Source: a cyanobacterium endosymbiont of Epithemia turgida isolate EtSB Lake Yunoko
Lineage (GTDB): Bacteria; Cyanobacteriota; Cyanobacteriia; Cyanobacteriales; Microcystaceae
Length of the DNA: 32,000 bases
Assembly: GCF_000829235.1 (NCBI RefSeq)
Contig: NZ_AP012549.1
Coordinates: 570,001-602,000 of the forward strand
Direction: 5' to 3'
The notes beneath the pieces were generated by a model. The model was not told the DNA's origin. It saw nothing but the letters and a program-made list of their open reading frames with translations, and searched no databases. Every line of letters begins with the position of its first letter. The stretch's first letter is position 1. Made by a program: the position numbers and the translations under genes. Positions 10,745 to 19,146 of this stretch are shown piece by piece.

Positions 10745-11720
10745 CCGGAGCATAAATTGATGTTATCCGACTATAGTTTGTCTTTTCTGTATATTGGGTT
10801 TTAGACTTTATTTTAACTGTATAATACATTCCATCGTACTCAACTAGATATTTCTATAACCACTCTATTTTAACGGCTAAATCGCTTGAATTGTTAGGAT
10901 CAAAAAGAAGTGCAGTAGGACTGTGCTCAACTAATCTGATAATCGATTCAGTATTAGAGGCAATAACAAGAGTCTCTGTAAAAAAGTCTTAATTACTACT
11001 TAACTGAAGATTTTATGCAATTTTAAGGAAAACACTAGAAACATAGCTTTTCTCATTAATTAATAAACTTTTGACGTTGATCGATAGCCTAGCCGTCCTA
11101 ACTTCATAAAATTTTTGAGTAGCCTCTATTGCTTAGTCAAATAAAAAAGACTACTCAAAAATTTTCAGGGAAATTGGGTAATTAAACTGTTCTTAGGTTC
11201 TTAAAAGGACATTGAGTTCTCTTCTTGCAAAAAATCGACAAAAAAAGAGTATAATCACTTTTATCCTCTTCCATGGCCTAATTTTTATCAATCAAATACA
11301 CTTAACCACAATTTTTTCTTCAGTCCACTCTGCTTTTATAAATTTCTGTTGTGCAAACTGGTTAATAGAAATAAATTGATTTGTCTGATTAAGATCAGTA
11401 TATTCAGGTTTAGTCCAGTAGCAACATTAGTTTCACTAGTAGCATCTTTGTCTTGTCGGTAACAAATAGAAGTAATTACAGGCTAGGGAGACAACTTTCT
11501 TAAATAATCTTCACATACTTGTCCATCATGAAAAAATAGTATACCGGGGCATAGTGGCCAATGCTTTCGTAGAGTTTAGATACGGGAAACCCTTTCATCT
11601 AAAGCAACATATTAGACTAATGTTAAAATTCAAGGGAAAATTCTGGATGTGGACGAGTTCTATAGGCATTTATTTGAGTTTTATTCGCACCGTCTAGTAT
11701 CCTCCCCAAAACAGTTTTGA
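10745..11720 (-). pseudogene. Remnants of one or two GT-B (GT4-like) glycosyltransferase genes
   Basis: Minus-strand fragments are ISINQFAQQKFIKAEWTEEKIVV (about 11290-11360), TETLVIASNTESIIRLVEHSPTALLFDPNNSSDLAVKIEWL (about 10860-10980) and LFWGGILDGANK..PEFSL (about 11640-11715). They are interrupted by stops and frameshifts. The motif-level match is from memory only. Confidence 0.4.
11108..11165. repeat. 15-bp perfect inverted repeat separated by 28 nt
   Basis: aaaatttttgagtag (11108-11122) is the exact reverse complement of ctactcaaaaatttt (11151-11165). Confidence 0.8.
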
Positions 11721-12326
11721 TTTAGATATTTTAAAGTAAACAGACACAAAAATGAGCCCATATTCCACAAATATTCCCACTAAAATCATAGAAAATAAGA
11801 ATAATACTAATTATTTGATAACTAACAAAATATTTGCAGGTTAGTTATAATTTTTTCAGTCTTCTACTTTTGAGGGTTTTAGCAAATCTCTTTTATTAAA
11901 TCTGTTAAATAGTCCTTTTTTGCTATATTTTAATATAGTACTATTTCAATAGTATCTGAGGATTTTAAATTGATTTTTCTATCTTTGTACTTAGACTTTT
12001 TCAATATATTTTTTTCTCCAATAAGCTTCTTTCAGGGAAGTACTATCCATATTCATCTATATTCTGGTCTTAATTTTAATTAATGGGCTAATTCATCAAG
12101 TTAATTATAGGTTTTTAAAAAGGTTTTTTACTTTTTACTTCAAATTCTAATTACTGAAATTTTTAACCTCTTCTTCTCCTATCCTAATCTATTATCTTTT
12201 TGATTAATTTTATACTACAACTAATTTTTTTTGTACAATAAGCACACTATTTTTTATAGTCCATAATTGTGAAACTGTTCAAAGTAAATATTATCTTCTT
12301 GATTCCATAGAAGGTTTACTTTTTAG

Positions 12327-12366
12327 ATATACCCAACTTAGTTTACTTAAACTAAGTTGGGTATAT
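12327..12366. repeat. 40-nt palindrome (19-bp perfect arms, 2-nt spacer) about 200 nt downstream of the sucD-like gene; possible bidirectional terminator or relic
   Basis: atatacccaacttagttta (12327-12345) / ct / taaactaagttgggtatat (12348-12366). The flank is moderately T-rich on the plus strand only. Confidence 0.6.
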
Positions 12367-12566
12367 TATTAGGTTTTATTAGGCTTTACAGACATCGTTT
12401 TCACCTAGATTATTTCCCTACTATCACAAGTAGATTGTCACGACCGTATTTAGGGTTGTTTCTACAATGACTGTTCAAACTATAAAGCTAGGCAGAAAGT
12501 GTTTACGTGTTGATGTCAACGTTGATTTAATTAAGGTTAAGACTTTTGATTACTTTAATCCTTTGT

Positions 12567-13469
12567 CTAAACAAAGGATTTCTGAGAGATGGACATTTTA
12601 ACTAGCTTAATAATCTCAGCGGGATGTTGAGCTACTTTTATCTTAGCTTTTTCAAAACTATCTATAATGGACTCTTCGGGTGAATTTTGTATCACTGACG
12701 AAGAGAGTTGAGCAGCTACAATTGTTTGAGCATCCCGAAAATTATGTTCTATGGGAGTATCAAGCCCAGTAATATAAGCAATCACAGGTTTTTCGACAGC
12801 TGAGGCAATGTATTCAGCCGCACAGAATTCAGCATGGCTATTACCTCTTCCTAAAAGAACAATTACTTCAGTGGTACTGTCCTCTTCGAGTATCTGTAAC
12901 CAATGCTCAAAATTTGAGCCAATAATGAAATCTTTGCCTAAACTAACAACGAGAGACTGGCCTAACTTAGCTCGGGTTAATTCCCTAGCTACTTCATCGA
13001 CTAGGCGATCACAACGACTAACAATCCCCACAGAGCCCGGACTATAAAAGGCATGCTCACATATACCCAACCAAAACTGATTAGGAACAAGTAACCCCTG
13101 ACTGCCTGAACCCAAGATAAAAGTCTGGTTAACTTGTGCTTTATGGAGAAGGTCAACCATATCTAGAGGAGGAACCCCCCCGGATACAATCACCAGTTGT
13201 CTAATTCCTGAAGCCATTGCTTCTAAAGCTGCATCCAAGACTTTATAGGGGGGTGTAAAAATAACACTAATATCGATATTTTTGAACTCACTGACAGCTT
13301 GTTCTACTAAGTTAAAGACTGGAATTCCATCTATTTTTGGACTGTCATCGTTTATACTAATTCCAGCTACAATATTCATTCCAAAAGCTTTCATTTGTTT
13401 TCCGTAGATGGTACCCAGAGGAGTTGTAATTCCCTGGATAATAACTTTACTATTAGCTTGCCATTTCAT
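12567..13469 (-). CDS. sucD: Succinyl-CoA ligase alpha-subunit-like protein, divergent (canonical GHAGA phosphohistidine loop not present)
   Basis: Intact 300-aa ORF collinear with SucD (KVIIQGIT..G, VIFTPP, GIVSR, KPVIAYITG). Several conserved motifs are replaced; see the finding at 12567-14845. Confidence 0.8.
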   Translation of the reverse strand: MKWQANSKVIIQGITTPLGTIYGKQMKAFGMNIVAGISINDDSPKIDGIPVFNLVEQAVSEFKNIDISVIFTPPYKVLDAALEAMASGIRQLVIVSGGVPPLDMVDLLHKAQVNQTFILGSGSQGLLVPNQFWLGICEHAFYSPGSVGIVSRCDRLVDEVARELTRAKLGQSLVVSLGKDFIIGSNFEHWLQILEEDSTTEVIVLLGRGNSHAEFCAAEYIASAVEKPVIAYITGLDTPIEHNFRDAQTIVAAQLSSSVIQNSPEESIIDSFEKAKIKVAQHPAEIIKLVKMSISQKSFV

Positions 13470-13582
13470 AAATCAATATAGTCGTCGTGTAATTGAATTG
13501 CAATTTTAGTCAGATTAAATTAGAAAATAACCTAATGTTTGATTGAGTTTTACCTAGACTGGGGTGAGGGAGACCTATTTTT

Positions 13583-14845
13583 TTAAGCTTTAGCTAGTGA
13601 AACCGTTGTAGTGATCGCTTGTCCTAAATCCTCAGTTAAATTAATGTCTAATCCAAAAAGACTTTCTTTAATTGAGTCAAGATCATCCCCGAGCAAACGA
13701 ACCACTAAAGATGGTAGTTTCGTAACTCGGGACAGACGATTTTGGGATTGACTATCCTGTTGATGCTCAAAAAAACTAGTTCTGGTGGCTCTTGGGAAAA
13801 GGTCTTCACGGAAGTCCGTCTCGCGTTTCAGATAAGGTTGAAAATAATCAGCGATCCCTTTTGCAATTGCTCCGGAAGTCTCAAGACTACCCAAAATATT
13901 AATTAACAGAACTTTTATATGAGTCGATTTAATGGCTTGTTCTAAGGCGGTAGTTAACTGATCGATAAGAGATATTAATCCTTCCTGTTCGCTGAGCATC
14001 CAACCAGAGGCGGGATTAACTTGTTTATGAACTAACAGCTCCCAACTAGTAAGGGTTAATCCCCAGCCATTACTAATGATACCGATATTACCCTCTCCTG
14101 AGGTGGCTTTAATCACGGAAACTTTAGGGAGAGTTAAAGGTTTAGGGATAACAGGTTCGAATATCATTGACGAAGTTTCTGGTTTAGAAGATGTGAGTAA
14201 TTCTACTAGATCTCGATGGCGAGACAAAGCTGCATCATTAACCGCAATTTTCCCATCGAGGGCCATAACTTCTCCAGTTGGACTCACTGCCAAAGGGTTT
14301 ATTTCAATCAAATCTAAATCCTTCTCCCGAAAAATCTGGTACATTTTTTCAAAAATGGAACTCACAGTCTGGATTAGTTCCCCTTTGAGTCCCATTTTTA
14401 CGGCTAAACGGCGGGCATAAAAGGGCGAAAAGTCGCTATCGACTACCACTTTTTCCATATGTTTGAGGAGAGTTTCTACATCGATTCCTCCTTTGGGTGA
14501 ACCAAGTAAAACTGGACGCTGAAGTTTATAATCAAGCAGAACCGAAAGAAAAAATTCAGATTTGGTATCGTAGCGAGCTTCTGCAAGAATAACTTCTGGA
14601 TATTCTCCTAAAATTGCCAGACTAAAAATGGCTTGGGCAGCTACGATTGCATCGATCGTATTTTCCACAAAACGAATGCCCCCGGCTTGTCCACGACCTC
14701 CAGAACGGACTTGTGACTTTAACACGACAGGATAAGGAATATGAAGGTGTTTAATTTCACTAAGATTAACGATAGGTTGGGAGGGTAAAATAGGAATACC
14801 CACCTGATGAAAAAGTTTTTTAGCTTGATATTCAAGTAAATACAT
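13583..14845 (-). CDS. sucC: Succinyl-CoA ligase beta-subunit-like protein (conserved ATP-grasp N-terminal half, divergent C-terminal half with an insertion)
   Basis: Intact 420-aa ORF containing MYLLEYQAKKLFHQVGIP, VVLKSQVRSGGRGQAGGIRFV, DLIEINPLAV and GNIGIISNGWGL. It lies directly upstream of the sucD-like gene on the same strand. Confidence 0.8.
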   Translation of the reverse strand: MYLLEYQAKKLFHQVGIPILPSQPIVNLSEIKHLHIPYPVVLKSQVRSGGRGQAGGIRFVENTIDAIVAAQAIFSLAILGEYPEVILAEARYDTKSEFFLSVLLDYKLQRPVLLGSPKGGIDVETLLKHMEKVVVDSDFSPFYARRLAVKMGLKGELIQTVSSIFEKMYQIFREKDLDLIEINPLAVSPTGEVMALDGKIAVNDAALSRHRDLVELLTSSKPETSSMIFEPVIPKPLTLPKVSVIKATSGEGNIGIISNGWGLTLTSWELLVHKQVNPASGWMLSEQEGLISLIDQLTTALEQAIKSTHIKVLLINILGSLETSGAIAKGIADYFQPYLKRETDFREDLFPRATRTSFFEHQQDSQSQNRLSRVTKLPSLVVRLLGDDLDSIKESLFGLDINLTEDLGQAITTTVSLAKA

Positions 14846-15006
14846 AACACTTTTAATCTTATAAGTATAGTTTTTAGAAAAATAGGAGAATATGCCAATT
14901 AGTGTTCTACATTCTCTGAAATGGAATTTATCATAAAATTATCAAGAAAAAAGTAGAAAACAAGACTATACCAAGTAATTCATAAAAATTTTAGAACTTG
15001 AAGATA

Positions 15007-15318
15007 TTACATCAAAATAAATACTCTTCTAATAAGATAGAAAAAAGTCGAATGCTTCCCATCAACATGCTTGATTAACGGACCTGTTTGAGATTCTCTA
15101 CTTTGTTTTCTAAAGAGTTCAGTTATTAGACTCATTACCGCGCGATTCTCTCGAACTTTAATATTTACAATAACGGATATTCCTGATTGCAAAGGAATTT
15201 CACGATCGTGAACTTTTAAAAATTGTTGATCTAATTTAATTTTACTGGGAAAGTGATAACAGCGATTAATTATCCCAGGATTAGTTTCCCTTCCAAAACT
15301 AAATAAACTTTTACCCAC
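15007..15318 (-). pseudogene. C-terminal remnant (about 100 aa) of an HlyD-family membrane-fusion protein
   Basis: GKSLFSFGRETNPGIINRCYHFPSKIKLDQQFLKVHDREIPLQSGISVIVNIKVRENRAVMSLITELF matches the C-terminal beta-barrel/tail pattern of HlyD-type proteins. The N-terminal 300 aa or more are missing. Confidence 0.6.
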
Positions 15319-15319
15319 A

Positions 15320-17070
15320 ATGCCAGCAATTCAGAGATCTCATTGAGGAACTTGCTGATGGAAGTAGCGAAGGTGGAGGTGATTACGGTATTAAATCCAG
15401 CTAAAACATAACGGGAGTATTTATATTGTCATTGCCAACGTGAATGCAATTCCATACTTTGATCTTTAAACAATTTTAATTACTGACATCATCTCAACTT
15501 AATAGGATTGAGTCGAGGTATTACGCTCAGCTTTTGTCCGTAGTTGACGGTGGATAGTTTGGGAAAATTCAAGTCACTACCACAAAAATCGGGATAATAG
15601 CCAAAGCCACTAAGATCAGCAGAGGACAATAGAAGACCATAGCCACAATGATGATAAAGAAAACTCAATCAAGTATCACAGTTAAAGGTGTTCCAGTGAG
15701 AATTTTTTGGATCTTTTCGAGTTCATTGATTCGAGTGGCAATTTCTTCTACAGGTCGTTTTTCAACATAGCGTCATGGTAAACATAACAAGTAATCGATA
15801 ATTTCTGAGCCTGAATTCATGTCAATACGACCAATCATATCGATAAACAGATAGGTCCGCATAATAGTTAATATAACTTCAAAAATAGCAATAATAAGCG
15901 AAAAGCTTTTAATATATGCATATTAATTGTGGACAATTATCTTATCAAAAATCACCCAAATCATTAAGGTATTAGCTAAACTGAACAATGGGACAAAAAA
16001 AGAAACAATTAAGATTCCAATTAACACCTAACGGTATTGAATTAAGGATGGGATAAACCAATTTAAGTCAAACCGCTTTTGGGAAGTATCTTTAGTAGGT
16101 TGTAATAGGAAAACTTCTCTTTCTTCTCCCTGAGTTTACAGGAAATTTTGTGGGTTAATTCTAATTATTTCTAGCTCATAAACGGCGATCATAAAATTAT
16201 GATTGCTAACTTCATAAAACTTCATAAAGTACAGCAAGACTTTCTTGCCGAAGGACTAGGGCAGAAGTTTCCAGTTGGATAAACGATTTGCCTAAAATGG
16301 TAATCAGTTGGGTATGGAGTCCTATTACTTCAACAATTACTCCATATAAAGGGAATGATAAACTTCCTGTGCGTTGCAATTGATCAACTAAGATTCGACA
16401 AATCAGATTCGGACGACGACGGAAGGGCATACCGAAATACTAAGTCAGCATTTTGAAACAAGTAATTCCTAGGTCTAGACGGGTATTACATCGCATTAAC
16501 GGATAGGTTTTACCCCTTGTTCCTACAAGTTCGGCATCAGCATAGAAAATTTATGATTCCAAGTCAATGGTGTCGGGCAAACCTACTTCTATTCGCTATT
16601 GGTTATCTCTAAATCATGATTTCATTGTTTCAACCTTTGATAGTTGTTGCTATTGAACAGGTAATTCGATTAAACAAGCGGGTTGGTTTCCTGTCCTTGT
16701 TAAAGGGGAGATTTCTCCCATTTTGAGGGACACAACTACTAACGGGGTAGTTGACAATTTTTCTCCATCTACTCACTAACCATAAAATTTTAGGATTTTG
16801 TAGAAAAATCAATACCTCGGAGGCTAAATTTCCTGCTGATAAATAGTAAATCTGGGTATCACTCAGGACCTATATAGCTAACTCTTTGAAGTTTCTTGAA
16901 CTTTGAGCATGTTGTTCTAGTCGAATGTTAAGTTGCTCAAACAGTTCAGGAAAAGTGCCTTGCTCTCTAAAAATTTCGGAAAGACTGGATATTTCTCTAT
17001 GAGAGTTTAAAATTCTCGTTGTTATAAAGTTATGGGAATATATTCGGTGGAGACGATCACCTTTTTACAT
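15320..17070 (-). pseudogene. Degraded bacteriocin-type ABC exporter (cNMP-binding-like N-terminus, C39 peptidase region and transmembrane domain); the ATPase domain is deleted
   Basis: Minus-strand fragments across frames are QIYYLSAGN..ILWLVS (cNMP-like), FGMPFRRRPNLICRILVDQLQRTGSLSFPLYGVIVEVIGLHTQ (C39-like), and LIVSFFVPLFSLANTLMIWVIFDKIIV, LTIMRTYLFIDMIGRIDMNSGSEIIDYLL.LP, YVEKRPVEEIATRINELEKIQKILTGTPLTVILD, AERNTSTQSYLVE and LLALWV (TMD). There are many stops and frameshifts. I saw no Walker A or ABC signature motif. Confidence 0.65.
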
Positions 17071-17551
17071 GGAATTCTTCACATTAGACTAACCCAACTT
17101 ATTATAGACTCCGATTCAAGTCATTTTTAATGTTAGGGGCAAATGAAGTGAGGAATACTAAGAATCTTACCTAAAATTTTAAAAGCCTCGAAAAGCAACC
17201 CACAAAAAGAAGAGTAATTCTACGCTACTGCAAGGTGTGGTACTTTAACTTATAATAAGTCTTAGCCATATTACTTCCAACTAATTGTATCAGTCTATAT
17301 TATAGCTAATAGCTATTGTAAACCTGCTTGAATGTTGGTATACCATTATAATTTAATGAGCTTTTTTAAAAAAACTATGTATCCTGTATTTAAGTGAAGA
17401 CACATTAAACAGCCTATCAAAACATCCTCAAAATGTTAGGTTAATGGTGTAGAAGTCCAGCGCTGTAAGCTTACGCGACTCGCCAGAACGGATAACAAAG
17501 CGTATCCAACTAATATAGTCGATTCAACCGGTTTGAGGTTTTACAAAAATT

Positions 17552-18766
17552 ATGAAGTTTACAAAACTGCTATGTCAATTGAGTAGTTACCTAATATCAC
17601 TTTTACTCGGTATGCTTCTGTGCTTTGGTGGCTTCCACTTTCTTTCGTCTCAAGCTGAACCTTTTTTGGAATCATCCCTAGATAATCAGGAAAATACTTC
17701 GGCTCCCTTAAATTTAGCTAAAGTTCTCGTTGCTGGAGATCGTGATAGCTTTGTCTCCACAGCTGTAGCCCGCACTGGTTCTGCAGTGGTTCGCATTGAT
17801 ACGGAAACAGTTGTCACTCGAAGCATTGATCCAGTTTTTAACGATCCTTTCTTTCGTGAATTTTTTGGAGAACAATTTCGCTCTCCTCTTCCTCAAGAAC
17901 AAAAAATTACGGGACAAGGTTCGGGGTTTATTATTGACGGAAATGGGATAATTTTAACCAATGCTCATGTAGTAAACAAGGCTGATAAAGTCACTGTTAC
18001 TCTTAAAGATGGGCGGACTTTTAATGGACAAGTTCGAGGAACCGATGAAGTCACTGACTTAGCGGTGGTGAAAATATCTACCCAAGAAGATAAATTGCCA
18101 GTTGCTCCTTTAGGAAACTCAGCTAATCTTAAAGTAGGAGATTGGGCGATTGCCGTAGGGAATCCAGTCGGGTTGGATAATACTGTTACCTTGGGTATTA
18201 TTAGTACCATCGGTCGTTCAGCCGCTAAAGCGGGAATTCCCGATAAGCGTCTCGATTTCATTCAAACTGATGCGGCAATTAACCCAGGTAATTCTGGAGG
18301 TCCTCTCTTAAATTCCCAAGGGGAAGTAATTGGCATTAATACCGCTATTCGTGCTGACGCAATGGGAATCGGTTTTGCTATTCCCATCAATAAGGCCAAA
18401 GCTTTACAAAATATTTTAGTCAGTGGACAAAAAGTTCCTCACCCCTACATTGGGGTACAGATGATTAATCTTACTCCTGAATTAGCTCGGGAAAATAACA
18501 AAAATTCTAACTCACCCATTCTTATTCCTGAAGTTGAAGGAATTTTGGTAGTACAAGTTGTTCCTAATACTCCTGCTGCTAGAGCCGGAATCCGTCGAGG
18601 TGACGTCATTGTAGGAGTTAATGGAAAACTGGTGACTGATGGTAGTGAATTACAGTCCATTGTAGAAGATTCTGGTCTCAATGCTCCTTTAAAGCTTCAA
18701 CTTTACCGTGGCGATCACATTATTTATTTAACGGTAAAAACTGCCCAACTACAAGGAACACCCTAA
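17552..18766 (+). CDS. Deg/HtrA-family periplasmic serine protease (trypsin-like domain plus PDZ)
   Basis: Intact 404-aa ORF with an N-terminal hydrophobic segment, catalytic-triad contexts TNAHVV, DLAVVK and GNSGGPLLN, and the PDZ motif GILVVQVVPNTPAARAGIRRGDVIVGVNG. Confidence 0.9.
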   Translation: MKFTKLLCQLSSYLISLLLGMLLCFGGFHFLSSQAEPFLESSLDNQENTSAPLNLAKVLVAGDRDSFVSTAVARTGSAVVRIDTETVVTRSIDPVFNDPFFREFFGEQFRSPLPQEQKITGQGSGFIIDGNGIILTNAHVVNKADKVTVTLKDGRTFNGQVRGTDEVTDLAVVKISTQEDKLPVAPLGNSANLKVGDWAIAVGNPVGLDNTVTLGIISTIGRSAAKAGIPDKRLDFIQTDAAINPGNSGGPLLNSQGEVIGINTAIRADAMGIGFAIPINKAKALQNILVSGQKVPHPYIGVQMINLTPELARENNKNSNSPILIPEVEGILVVQVVPNTPAARAGIRRGDVIVGVNGKLVTDGSELQSIVEDSGLNAPLKLQLYRGDHIIYLTVKTAQLQGTP

Positions 18767-19146
18767 ATAACCACGGCGGCTAGGCCCGCTATGATAGTTA
18801 ATTTGCCACACCTTGACAATTGATTCAAGAGGTTATGTTAGGAAATCATGAATCGCCTGCAAGTCAAAAACTATTTCGAAATCTGACGAGGAAAAACTAT
18901 AACTTTAAACTGAGATGGTGTATCAATTTTAAAATCATGGTTTAAAGATAGGAACTATAATTTGCGTAGCGATTACATAAATAAGTATTAATCGATAATA
19001 GACCATTAACGTTATTGTTTTAATCTTAAACCGTTATCTGTATTCATCAAAATATCGACATGGTGTTCACAGGGATTCAACTTATTCTATAGTCTATTAT
19101 AGACAATAAACTTAGGCATAATTGCGGAACGGATTAAATAACGATT

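Noticed and set aside
7400-11800. A replication origin in the AT-rich tracts, based on DnaA-box-like 9-mers (tgtggatac near 7451-7459, tattccaca near 11761-11769, ttatccacc near 24110).
   Set aside because: There are only isolated, imperfect boxes, with no cluster and no dnaA or dnaN nearby.
12557-12580. A 10-bp-stem hairpin (aatcctttgt/acaaaggatt) spanning the sucD-like stop codon, as a terminator.
   Set aside because: No U-tract follows on the minus strand, and half of the stem is coding sequence.
12808-14420. Plus-strand ORFs 12808-13047 and 14076-14420.
   Set aside because: They are antisense shadow ORFs inside the sucD-like and sucC-like genes.
15007-16812. ORFs 15007-15318, 16212-16430 and 16630-16812 as separate small genes.
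   Set aside because: Each is a readable fragment of the HlyD or ABC-exporter pseudogenes. Their apparent start codons are internal to the ancestral proteins.
17714-18681. Minus-strand ORFs 17714-17917, 17965-18261 and 18445-18681.
   Set aside because: They are antisense to the Deg/HtrA protease gene, which has a complete catalytic triad and PDZ domain.
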